Notes under the pieces: generated by a model
What the model was told of the DNA's origin: nothing
Databases searched by the model: none
What the model saw: only the letters and a program-made list of their open reading frames with translations
NCBI GenBank assembly: GCA_973895155.1
Contig: OZ316892.1
Span: 12,464,238 to 12,528,237, forward strand
Direction: 5' to 3'
Source of the DNA: Marsupella aquatica
Taxonomy: Eukaryota; Plantae; Marchantiophyta
Length of the DNA: 64,000 nt
Part shown: positions 10,599 through 23,600 of the stretch, piece after piece
How the letters are laid out: each line of letters begins with the position of its first letter
Position numbering within the stretch: the first letter of the stretch is position 1
Translations under genes and position numbers: made by a program

Positions 10599-13500
10599 GG
10601 AGCCAATTCATAAAAGCCCTAGAATGGGAAGCTACACGACCTTCTTGGTCGCCCATCGCTGGGGCGACGAAAGACCTCCACTCTCAACCATTACGGCGGT
10701 TCCCATCTCTACTTAGCTTTTTGCGTCGTGCAATTATTCGGTCCTGGACAATTTCCATCATGGATCCCACGTAATTGCGCTTCTTCACCGTGTTGTCAAG
10801 GGATCCCTCAAATCCTTCTCTCGTTGTACATATGGCTTGAAAGTTTGTGCCGCGGAATTCCCTCCGTGATTGTCGAGCACGTTGTACCTTGCCGTTGTAC
10901 CTTGCCAATTTGATTTCTGACTTGCGTCGAGGATTGGTAAGAGCGTGAGCATTCAGACGAAACGGTGATTTTGGAGGGTGACAAGCGGAGGGAAGAGGCG
11001 GATGTAGCTGAACGGGACGGGGATCGGATGTGAGCACGGAAGGTGGACGTCGAATGGGATGAGAAGCAGGTGAGACAAAGTGAGATGAATTGTTGAAAGG
11101 GTGCAGATGTGTTTGAGAGTAGAAGTAGGCGTTGAAGGTGACTATGGAAGTGCAATGTGACGAGAAAGATGGCTATCCGAAGAGAAACAGAGAGAGAACC
11201 AGGGAACGAGTCTGTATGTCATGCCCGTCAAGAGTAGAGACTAGCGTGACCAAGAAGACAGGTCAGGGGCATCAAGAGTTGATGCAATATGACTGGTGGA
11301 TTGATCTGTAGAGTTCTCGATCATGTTCCAATCGCCTGCCAAGATCTAATTGAGATTGGGGTTCTAATTGGACTGCAAGCAATTCCACATCTCTGTGCTT
11401 TGAATGGAATTACGGGGGCGGTAGATATTTAGCAGGCCTACAGGTCCCCATTTTAATCCGTCTCGCCCTGGCTGCTCACAAGAGTAAGTGACTAAGGGAC
11501 ACCCTTAGCAACCCTCCTATAAGAATCACGAATGGCGCGAGTATGAGGACGCACACGGGTGCAAGTTTTACACGCCCTAACCCTAAAGCTGTTACATGAA
11601 GCTGAAGCCCTCCTCCTGCCCCCTTCGACCGACTGTGCCTGAGGTCGTTTGGTCGTGAGATCAGAGAAGATTCGGATCTAACATGTACATTACCTGTCTG
11701 TGTGACTCCAGTGCTGTGTTGTAATGGGTATCCTAAAACATGAATGTCGTTAGGGATTGCCTTCCACAAAATCCAGACCTACGTAAGGAAACTTCCTTTG
11801 CTGATGATGTACATTGCGACGTGGATGACCGTAGATGTATATTTGGTATGTTGTGGTTCTAAGGATCGAAGCCACAAAGAACCAAAGATACGTCGAGTAC
11901 AAGAATCTGTGGAAACCTTTGCAGGGTTCGATTTGTAAAATTAAGTGAGATTAGTGCCCCCGGCCCTGGAGTCTCGAAGGCTATGTGAATGAATGTGCAA
12001 TTATTTGCAAAACGGCATAGTCAGGGAGCCCATCGCCTTGGAGCAAACATTAATGTCCGTGAAGAAAGCTTCTCATGGAAGGTACAACCGACGTCGAAGG
12101 ACGGCTCTGAAGAATCGCTAGGAAATTCCTGAAGCAAAGTGTGCGAACCCTTCCTCTTTCACATTACACGATGTGGCCGAGGCCGTCAGAGTTGAATTCA
12201 GTATAATTGACGAGGCTCGACACGGATAATGTGAGTTCACTTTTGCATGATGTATCGAGGCATTTGGAGTTAAAGTTGTATCCAAGGATTCAACAGAATG
12301 CTTAGGTAGTACAAACCAGAGCTCTCTGATAGGCCTTTGACATGAGCTTACGCGAAAAATTGAACAAGGGTAGCATCTTGAACCGTTTCTACTGAGAGTT
12401 TGATTGTTATCACGTTTACGCCATAGAATTAATAGTACGTATAGGCTCCTGGATTCTAGTTGTTTTTCGAGATCTCTGTCTGAAAGCGAGGAGTTCCACA
12501 GTTGGGCATTAGAACAAATCCAACTACAATTCATGGCTAAATTATGGTTTTTAATATAATATGTTTCCCGGTTTGCACATCTTCATCCATTCCTGAAGTG
12601 CAACTGCAGTCAGCTGGATGATGGTTGGGTGCTTACAAAATATGAGACTGGTAAGATTGCCGAGGGACGCAGATTGAACCTTGCAGAAGAGTATTTTACC
12701 AGTTTCTGCAACACTCACTGTGGCTCTCAATTCGTCGCCTTTGAAAGACTCATCATCCTGGGAACGAATAGCCTGTTTCAAAGTCTGGAACAAGAACTCT
12801 TGACCACAGCTACCCATGCCAACAGGATGGTCGAACACCCGCTTGTTAATTCCCTGCCATGCGAGATGCTCTTCCCTTGGTATGAGGGACTAGATTGTTT
12901 GCTGCAGAAGCTCTCTATTAGCCCTCTACGGTCGCATCCCCAATTGGGTATTCGTGGACAAAAATCCATTCTCGTTTTCTTTATATGTTCCATTCTGCTG
13001 TAAAGGAAACCAAATTAGGACAGAATGATCTCATGTTCAAATGAGAGTAACTGCACAACTACAGCGCATGCTTGCTCATGCACTCATAAACCTATTGTGT
13101 TCCGAGTGGAGACAATAGTGACTCCTGCCAAAGAGTCAGTAGTTCTTCAGTAATCCACATCTTACAAAGAGGTAGCAGGGGATGCAAGTAGTTTGAACAA
13201 CAACCAATAAAATAGTGAATCCGTGACTTGCAATTAGATCAAGACGACAATCAACAGGGGAGACCCAGGGATCCCATGCATGAGAAAACTGGAAAAGATA
13301 CAACCAAAACAAGCTTAGTCATCTCGATTTGTCAACCTGCTGTAATCTTAGAAATAGCACCAAAAGAATCGATTTGGCGGAGAAGTGGTTGACCAATGCT
13401 GTTGATAGTTCTTGTTTGGTGACCGCTAATCACAAAACATCTGGTTCTGTCATATTCTGTAATGTGTTTTGTGTGGTCTTCTCTGTGCAAGGCAACATGG

Positions 13501-13868
13501 CCCTGAATAAAATTGAATGGGCCAAAAAATAATTGTCGACACTAGGGATGAATTACATTATTTCTTCGCAGGCCAAATTGTCTGTAACGAGCGAGCACTG
13601 TTCGTCCATGGTTGGGTTTATGTCTTGTGTTTTGAATCTTTTCCTTGTATTGTAGAACAACAACAGAAATTTCTTACACCAGCTATGTACACTGTTGTCT
13701 GCATTTGTCCAGAACCCCATTTTTCTGCGTATCTTCTCCCACAGATTTACTGCCCAACAAGCATCAATTGTGGAATGTCGAGGTTACTTTTCTATGGATT
13801 ACTACCGTCTAGCTGTAACCAAAGGGGCAAGCTGAGACTGCCTACATTTCTTTTGTCATGTGGAAGTG

Positions 13869-16800
13869 ATGGAGGACGGTACCTATACAAGAAGTGGCAC
13901 ACCAACGGTTGGTGAGACTTATAAGCAGGGTTTATCTTGGCCAGCAGCAGACATACAATACCAGTACAGTAGCAGCAATTTTGGGAGTGGTCGTGGGACC
14001 AACAGCTTTAGTAGCGGAGTACATCGTATGGAAGAAACAAGAGAATCTTGGCATGAGCAAAGGACACGTGTGCAAAATTTGGGGAGAGGGCCAGAATGTG
14101 GCAGATCTCAAGGCCATGAGTCATCACCGGTCCCTTCAAACATTGTTGTAAATCATTCTTCTGGAGCCCAAAGATCTCTGGGATCAAAAACTGTTGCCAC
14201 ACTGCAAGGTCAATGGAATTCAGCGCAAGCTTTGTCAGATATTATAGACAGTTCTGTGCTCGGTGACATGGATACAGGTAGAATTCTGAGTATGGGTCTC
14301 AGCGAGGGACTAGATCTTTCTGAAGTCTCGGCCCTTGCAGGTCCCAGCTGTACTGGTGTTAGTCTGGAGTACTCTCTGGGGGAATCTAGCATCTCAGGTA
14401 ACAGCACCTCAAATTTGTTCCCTGGCCAAATTTCTGCCCAGGCAGTTAGTACAGCCGTTGACTGTACTCTAGGAAATGGCTATGAAGAGGGTACTGATAA
14501 AGGGGTTGGTACGTCTAGAGCATCTTCAAGCTTGTCCTTGGCTGGTAGGCCCACAAGACCAGGGAGAAACTGGGCATGTACTGCATCGAGGAATGCAGTG
14601 GTTGAAGGATCGGCTGGTGAATTCTTTGTCAGAGCGCCCGTGACAAACTCTCTTCCCACGAGTCGACAAGGAAGAGGCAGTCAAATGCATTCCAATGGAG
14701 TCATGGGCAACTTCAATTGCTTGTCTAACCCTCTAACAGCTAGCAGAAACACTAGCCACGGCACATTGCTGGATGGAGAGACTTACAGAAGAGATTCGCA
14801 ACTTTTTCTTGGCTCAGCTGCTGACAGGGTTCCAGACAAGGAGATCCCTACTTTAGACGGAAGCTCGTTAAGGAGCCTGGCATCCAACCCACGCGCTACT
14901 AACAAGCATTTGAGAAGTAGCGCAAGGTCTACTGCATGTAAGAGGAAGGGTTGCCCATCAAGTCTCCCTGTCAGTTTGTCGTGTAGGAGTGGGTCCCCTC
15001 ACTGCTCTCGTGTACAAGAAAGCCATGGTATAAGGTCTACAGGGGCTTGCAGCACAAGCAGGCGCATTAGTGGCACTATAGGTTGTATGTCTGCTTCTGA
15101 TGTTGTTGCTTCTGCTTCAGCGCTTGTGCCTAGGTGTTCTGAAACATCAGTTGCAGCTAGTGGAGGGGATGAGCCACGTTCAAGGAAGAGTTCACTAGCC
15201 TGGAACGGAGATTCTCCAGGCAGTAGGAGGGCTGCAAAGTCCCCTTCATCAGAAGTTACAGGTGATGCTTTGGGCCTGAGAGATGTAATGACAGTTGGGA
15301 CAGCAGGGTACATCGTTCAACAGACATCACCGACGACACAACCACCACTTGCACAAGCTGCGCAAAGGGCAAACCCCGCAACTGAGCGTGATTCTTGGTG
15401 CTCCCAAAATGATTCTGTAACTGACTGTTTCGCCAATACAGCGTTTGTGTATGAAAATGGCGAGATGCTCATGCAGTCAACTGAGCAGCTGATGGCTTCT
15501 AATGAAGGCCGGAGAAGTGGGAGCCAACTAGTCTCAAGTAGCAGGAATGGGGGCACAGCATCTGGAAGACGTAGTGACCATATTAGCTCTTTGTTTGGAG
15601 AAAGGCTTTCTACCCGGTACTTAAGTGGCAGCAACAGGACTATGACGACTGGCACTTCTGGTTCGGTTGTTGCCACAGACAGCAGGATGCGTGTTCGAGA
15701 TCATCTAAACAGCTCTACTGAATTTCCAAATAGTTTTGGTAATGTTGTAGCTCATAGCCGAAATCTCGTGAGTACACAGGGAGTTCTACATTCAGGAATT
15801 GCATCCAGGTCATTACCTTCGAGGCTACCTCCTCATACTCCTGTTGCACGCACTACGCAAAGTTTGAGCTCTGTACATCTTTCAATGCTATCCTCGCAAT
15901 CCTCTGGACTTAGGTCTTCTCGGATGCTACCTTCTCCCCCAAGAGCTCGGTCTTCATTCTCATCAGCCATGGAAGTACTGCCGTCTGCATCCGCTATTTT
16001 TCAAGGTTCTCTGTTGCCAAGACACATTGAAAGAGGAGGTGAGTCAGATGCCGAAAGCATCGTGGGGCTTCCATTCCGTGGTCTTCAGTTATCTGATGGG
16101 GAGCATCGGCCTCGACAAGTGGCAGAGGGTCTAGCGGAGGTTTGATTCTGTCTCATCCAGGTTTTCCAAGCAATTTCTGATGTTCACGTGGGTTGTCACC
16201 AGTCATTTCTGCACAATCCTGGTGAAAAGGATTGTTCAACGCTGTATATGTGTGTGTCTGTGTGGGGGGGGGGGGGGGGGGGTTAATTAGGAAACATGTC
16301 CTTGATCCTACTGAAATGATTATTGGGGTTTTCGTTCTATAATTCGGTTTTGTGGATTTTCAGTAGATCTCTACGATTGCTATGGCCTTATCTCTTCACG
16401 GTTTTTCAGTTTTTCTGCATGGATGTCATCAATTTCCTGTACACTTCTGCTGTTATTGTCTGGAATATGTGTTTTAAGTAATCGGACGCCTCATTGACAA
16501 TCAGCTGCTTATACTCAGGCTACTTTGTTTGGGCAGATTTTACTTGCGCTTGATCAAGTGGAGCGGGATGAGGATCTGACTTATGAGGTTTGTTGACGCC
16601 TCATTGAAGCCAGTAGACCCAGTGGCTAGATTCTGTTTGTTTGTCGACTGATTTTGTTTGTCGCGAGAGCACGCTACTTTGCATGCTTCCTATCAATGCT
16701 CTAATTGACACTTTCCAGGAGATAAAAGTAAGTTTGAAGCGATTTGACATTACGCGTTCCTTACGATCTCTTGTTCGTATGCAATATTTGCAGCAATTGT

Positions 16801-17549
16801 TGATGCTAGAGGCAACCCTTCTTTTCGGGGGAATGGGACTTCATGACCAGCATAGTGACTTGCGACTGGATGTGGATAATATGTCATATGAGGTACTCGT
16901 GGGAATAAATGGTGTCTGTATAAACTGCCTGGTGCTTTCTTAGAACAGTCTGATGGTTGTTAGTAACAGCTATTTTTGCAGAAAAAATCGTGCACGCAAC
17001 CTTTCAGTGGGTTTTTAAACCTTGTTGCAAGCTCTACTTGAATCTCTAGTAGAGCCGGTAACGAGAATTTTGGGCCTGTTGTGTTTCGCTTGTATTCTAT
17101 AATCTTGAACTTTGACAAATTCTCCAGGAACTACTTGCCTTGGAGGAGAGAATTGGCAATGTGAGTACAGGACTCACACTTGATGTTGTTAACAAGCATT
17201 TGAAAAAAGGTAGATACTCTTCTCAAGCCGTGATAAGTGCCGGCTCACTGGAGAGTGACATCAAATGCAGCGTTTGTCAGGTATAATCCAGCATCTCAAT
17301 ATGAGCTAGCATTGTGCGAGAAGAGGAAAATATAAGCTAGTGTTGTACTTTGCTGGTTGTCATTCACTGCTCACAAGAGTTTCACTTGACTCCAGATTTC
17401 ATGGTAAATCTTTGCAGGAAGAATACGAAGATGGTGATGAATTGGGTGAAATTGACTGTGGTCACAGTTATCATATCTCTTGTATCAGGCAATGGCTCAT
17501 ACAGAAGAATGTTTGCCCTATTTGCAAGGCTTGTGCCTTGTCGTCGTAA
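13869..17549 (+). CDS. RING-H2 E3 ubiquitin ligase, MBR/HIP1/RHG1A-like (exons 13869-16139, 16537-16587, 16794-16892, 17128-17280, 17418-17549)
   Basis: A long Ser-rich disordered first exon is followed by GT-AG joined exons encoding HDQHSDLRLDVDNMSYE|ELLALEERIGNVSTGL and the RING-H2 finger CSVCQEEY…CGHSYHISCIRQWLIQKNVCPICK. The start is taken as the first in-frame ATG of the long ORF. Confidence 0.92.
16248..16282 (+). repeat. (TG)n stretch followed by a G19 homopolymer in E3 intron 1
   Basis: Direct reading: G run at 16264-16282. Confidence 0.9.
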
Positions 17550-20500
17550 TACTCTACTAGAGACGTCCTCAGCCATGATGGCATTAAGGTGAAACAACAG
17601 AGATCACATGAAAGAAAGGGTCTGGTGCAGAATGAGGCTCAGCTTTTGCTCCCGAGCTCTCCAAAAGCATTTCATCATATCTTGCAATAGATGATACGTT
17701 CTCTGCCTTGTGGCTATCTCTGGGGAAAACGAAGAGACTCCTACATCATATGGCAATTAGTTATGCACTGTCTTGGCAGGGGCTATTCTGTCACAAAGGG
17801 AACGAAGGTGGACAGGAAGCATTTCATGCTAACCTCACATGAGGAAAGGAGATACGAATTTGAATAAGCTCTCTGCGCACTAATCACTTCGTGCAGGTAC
17901 ATACTCAATAGAAATGCAGGCCCAGAACTAGCCAAAGTCGACTTGATTTCAAAAGATAAATCGCATGTAATAGTATTGTGCATGCACCTTACTGCGCCAT
18001 TTCGTCAGTGTCCTCCTATACTAAAGAATGTAACTGATACAGTCCTTACCTTCTTTGGTTTTTTACAGACTCTAAAGATAAACATCCAGATTTTCTATAC
18101 TTTCTATTAGTGTTGACTTGGTGCTCAGTAGCTGATCCAATGTGTTGTGATTCTGCGGGACAGAAGTCTGCATCTGAATTTAAACCCAGATTGGGTTGCT
18201 ACGTTTCTCTATTTTGATTTTGTGTTGTTCCAAACTGAGTCAAGTGCTCGTTTTCGTTTCAATGAAAGGCTTAGGTCTCTGCTGGCTGACTTACATTTTG
18301 TGGCTTTATCTCATTTGATTGATTGCCTTTATTTGGAAGCGTGTTAACTGTTAACTACTTGCTTTTCACTCAACAATTTCTGTGAGAGTTTTCAAACAAA
18401 TACTTCACAGAACATTAAATGCTTTCCAAAGCTCAATCGGAGCCGCAGTGAAAAAGCGAGGTTGACTTTGTGAAGGAAACATGAAAGAGTTCACATCCTC
18501 TACTGACAGTTCAGTGTGGGGTAACTCCATTATACTGTGCACGATATGAACTTGATCGTACAATTGAGATAAGAACCAATGAGGGGGAACCACCCACCAG
18601 CAATTGAGGGTGTGACCGCAATTTAACCACCTTCAGGGAGGGGTTTCTTCTACTCTAATAAATGAATTGATATTGCTCGAGTCCACTTTATTGAGTGTAA
18701 TAACGTTGTTAGTACTTTTGAGAGCAGGGGCAAGCAGGGGTGATCAAGAATTTACACATCAATGTCATGCAGCCCCCAAACGACCAAATATAAAGATATT
18801 GCATCTGGACATGGTCCGAACTACGTAAATAGGTCGTGTTGAGCTCTTTGTTTTCGGAATGTTTGAAGCCTCAGACCGGATACATTAGTTTTGCATCTTA
18901 GTTCTCTGTTAGGTACAGACATTTGACTAATGGTTGCAAGCACTTTGAGAACTTTCTCTCCAGCCTTGATATAAAACGTACTCAGCCCGTGACTGGTAAT
19001 TGACGTGGTAATTTTCTCTCCTTGTCCCTCATTGTGAAGAGTGTTGTCGTCGGTGCATGCTCTCACTCCTTTCTTGCTCAATCATTTAAGAAAATAACTA
19101 AGGTGAAAGATTTTCATGAATCTACTACTTCCACAATACCTGCATTCTCCCAGATTTGTGTACCATTTACTTAAGCTTGCTCTGTTTGTTGGGGAAGCTG
19201 GTGTCATATTGTCTTAGCTTGTGGTTGTTTCATTCCATGCGCACCTAGAACCTGTATTCTGACCTCGTGAAGGAACCACTACCACTTAACACAGTAGTAT
19301 GTCCCTTTCCCAATTTTACGTCCTGGAGAATCTGTGAGTGAGACTAAGGGCTATTGAATCTGTGTAAATATTTTGAAATCTGTTCACCTGTATCGTTGAT
19401 GAAGGTTATGAAGCAAAATCATGTCAGCCATGGCTCTAACCCCCTAACAAGCCTGACCATGTCTGTATGGAATTAAGTACCTTGAAGAATGTAGAAAGTC
19501 CTCCAAGACAAAAACTGTATAACATATCAAAAACCCAGCCATACCGTCTCCTTCAAGAGATCCCATTCATGCCTACCTTATAATCAAGGGGCAGGCTATT
19601 CAGGTATTTAAGTCGCACATTCTATTAACGGGAGTGCCGCCGATGACAAATGGTCACAAGTTGTATCGAGGTGTAAGGTGAAAAGTTGAGAAGATTGGGC
19701 GAAAATTTCCCCAGTGCATTACATCCACTCAACCCCCGATGGAACTGGGCAGTAACTCCAGCTGCCCCTAATCTCAAGTCAGGTACTTACGGCCCACTAC
19801 TAACCTCATGTTGGGAAAACTCACGTGTCCACAGACATTACTCTCCCTCAGGTCGGGAAACTAATGTGTCTCCAATAAGATGAGTGGCACGGGTCCCACT
19901 TAAGCCATATGATAGGCCTGAAGGTTCCTTTGAATCAAGGTCCCATATCTAAAGCATGCCACTATGCACGATCAAAATATCATTTTGAGCGCGAAAATGA
20001 GAGGGTGAGTAGATCGGAAAAATGATCCATTTCACTCTGACATGTTGGATGTTCAGAATATATTCAAGAAAGAAAAACTTCATCGACTTCTGCTACAAGA
20101 AGTAGTATCTCCCTGTAATAACAAATTTTGAAGGCTAAACATACTGAGGAATTGCGGAAGTAGTAACCTTGCAGTCAATGACTTTGCCAGGATAGCCACA
20201 CGACATGCGAAGATGATTGATTCACTTCGAAATTACCATAGCAAGGGAATGTCCAGACATCGATCTCGAAGAAAAAATATATAGATTTCCATTTCAGAAA
20301 CAATTCATTCTACAATTACAACTAAAACCGCCATGGATAGAAAATCAGGTTCCCTCTGAAGTAATCAGAGATCAGGCGCGGTGAATATAATCCTAGCACC
20401 ACAGCTGGCATCGATTACAATCGTGAGATCTGAATACACTTGCATCAGTCAGACCGAACAAATTATTCAGGTGCTCTACCTCTAATGTCCACCCCAGAAC

Positions 20501-20626
20501 CACAACCGAAAAGAAAGAGAGAAAAACGAAAGACTTCGTACTCTAGGTAGACAAAAGTCAAATCATAGGAAGGCATTCCTTCATACTACCAAAACTGGAT
20601 TGCACTGAAATAAGACATTGTTTCCA

Positions 20627-23600
20627 CTACACTGTTGCAAGCTTAGAGAAAGCAAGTCGAATGGTTGACCCGCTGAATAGGCTTGCGTGTTTGCAGACCA
20701 GTGCCTCTGTTGATTGTTCCTCATTTTCAAATAATACCAGTGCCTGCTTTTTACCATTTGACTCGAAGACTTTTGCGTTGATGACATTGCCATGGGCGGC
20801 CAGGTGTGCAGTGATGTCATCCACTGTCACATCGACAGGAAGACTAGAAACATGAATCATCTTAGTCGGCGCACAACAATACCGGTAATTTTTCGCAGCA
20901 TTCCGATTGAAACGGTTTAGGTTCGAACCAGAATAATCATGTGTATCAGGGGACGGGTTTATTTGAGAGTGCTTTGAGAAATTCACTTCCATACGCTTGC
21001 CAAACAGAGTCACACCCTACGAAAACGACAATGAGAATATATTAGACAATCAATGGCACTCTCATACCCGCAAACCAAGATAGCAGGACACAACAAACAA
21101 GAAAAATGAGACATACCCTCAGGTAATTAACAGCAAGTTCTGCTTGAAAACCATCACCCATCTGAATGAGGGCATGGTCAGGCTTGTTGTGCAGCAGCTT
21201 GATTCGCATGATATTACCGTAGTTGGAAAACAAATTGAAGAGTTTGTCTGCATCCACTTTCTGGAGAAGGAAGAAGTTTGTGCATGAGATCAGCAAGCAA
21301 TTACGGTACCTAGTCCAAAGCAGCAGCGTCTGAAGAGGAGCGACAAGATTTGAATTTATCACTCAAAAGAACAGGTAATCCTTTCAGTTTTACCTCAGGA
21401 TTCAGGTTGGAAACAAGAAGTGTACTTCTTTCGTTTGTACCAGTAATTCCAGGAGGGAGAACACCACCAAAAACAGCAGCGGCAGCTGCAGCAGACGCAC
21501 CAACCATAGGAACCTGAAAAAGCAAACACAGGTGGCATTAAGTGATAACTTATGAGAGAACCCAAGGCACGTAAAGCCGAATCCATACATTAATTACTTA
21601 GTTTCAGAATTTTTGGAATGCCACTTTAGGAGCGGAAAGCCATACGTGGGAATCCCCAAATGCCAAGCAAACATGTACAGACCATCCTCTAAGCGCAGGT
21701 TTATCAGAGGTTTAAACGACTCACCTGGTAGGAATTCATGTTCATACTATTCATGCTGTTCATGTTCATCTGCTGGGGGGGGCCCACCGATTGTTGATAG
21801 TTTACTGCCACCACCGTCAAATGAAATGAGAACGAGAAAAAAAGTCGAAAGTAGCTGAGCCCTAAACTGATTCGCCACAATGAGCACAAGACTTGATCAC
21901 GTCTACAGTACAGCAGATAGGCTACTCAAAATTCGCATTTTATCAAAATAGTTCGTACGGAATTAATGCCCCATGATTCATACCTTGACGAGGACCTGCA
22001 ATATCAAACATAGCAGGTCTAGGCGGCCCACCAGGTTGCATACCATAAACACCTTCTCCAAACAGGGACGACTGCGTCAAAAACAATCTCTGTTAAGATG
22101 AACCAAGGAAACTACCAGTTTTGTCAAAGCTTTCTTTCGTATCACTGCACCACGGATGAAAGGGAAATGCAAACTGCCTTGAAGCAACTCATCATAGTAC
22201 GACAGACCTCGCTCGAAATGATTGCACAAGAAACTCGAGAAGAACCTTATCCCATTACATCGGACTAGCTAAGAAAACGTACCATAATGTTGCTATTAGG
22301 TGAATTCCCAGTAGGCCTCGATTGTTGTTCAGAAGGTAATCCACTGTTCGTGTAATCCCTGAATAGAGATACAGAACGTGAAAATTCAGTCGCTGACATT
22401 GTCACAAGAGAAAAAAATACACAATCAGGGAGAAGGAAATCCGCTTACCTGGTGCGCTCGTTGTTATAGTTCACTTGCAGCTCTTGGAGGCTGGAAATCA
22501 TGAAAAGTGGGAGCTTCAGTGCGCATGCAGTTGCACCAGCAAGTGACAAACCAGAAACTTGGACGTCCAGCCATAAATAATCCAAACTGCAGAGAGAACT
22601 TACTTGGAGAATTGGATATCTAAGGTGCAGCAGCCGTCGTATATATTACGACCCTGCAAAATTATACCCATAGAGAATTTAACATCAACATGTATTGTTA
22701 TCAATCATAAGATTCAGACAGAATGCATCTATGACATGCCAAGAGTATTACCTGTCCCCCCATCCGTGGGATTCATGCGAACTATATAATTCATTTTTTT
22801 TATAAAAAAGCATTACCTGAAGGGTGTTCCTTGCTTGAATGGCACTCTGCTGCGAGGAAAACTGCAATAATGCTTGAAGACCTGCAAACCCAAGGAAGAA
22901 ATTTCACTCGCCGCTCTTTCATGTAGTCTTGTTTCTCCACTAGGCAGAGGGAGGTTATTTGTTATAGACGTGAAGTAAAACGTTTGATGAACGCAACACT
23001 CAACCTCACGGAAACATGTGCAATATAAGTACGAAAACAGTCTCCACAAGCGTTAAAAAAAAACAAAATGGCGGTGAAGCAACTATATTCTAGCTTTCTT
23101 AAATCTAGCGTACTTCATGCTCAAGAACGGCGTGGAATACCCCAACGCAGCTACGTTGTCCAACAGATGATGAGAGACAAGACTAAGAGAATCAAGAATG
23201 AGTGAACGAAAGAGAAGCTGACCAGCTGACTTCTGGAAGGTGACGATCTTCTCGACATAGCCATGAGGGGAAAACACTTGGTGCAGCACATCCACGGTGA
23301 TAGGATAGAGCGGATTGTGAATGGTAATTAAGAGGATTCGGTTGGGCTGCAGTTCCTGAAGAAGGTCCGCAACGAAACCAGCAAAGATAGAGCCAGGGCG
23401 TTGGAGAGAGGACAGAAGTAAGAGAATGCAAGCAGAAAGGTAACGAAGAGTCAGCAAGAGAGGAGAGCGAAAAAAGACCTCCAGGCGAAAACAGATCCCA
23501 GGAAGGCCAGGAGTCAGTAGACGGTGGAATAGAAACCTAGCTACCCGAAATAACTTTCGTCGGGAGGAGCAGCAGCAGAAGAACTACTGGCGGCACCAAC

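Noticed and set aside
12118-13003. ORFs of 95-138 aa upstream of the E3 ligase
   Set aside because: No recognisable motif or consistent exon chain. More likely long 5'UTR or intron sequence.
13860-16145. 761-aa stand-alone orphan protein
   Set aside because: It is exon 1 of the RING-H2 ligase; the donor at 16140 splices in frame to the conserved C-terminal exons.
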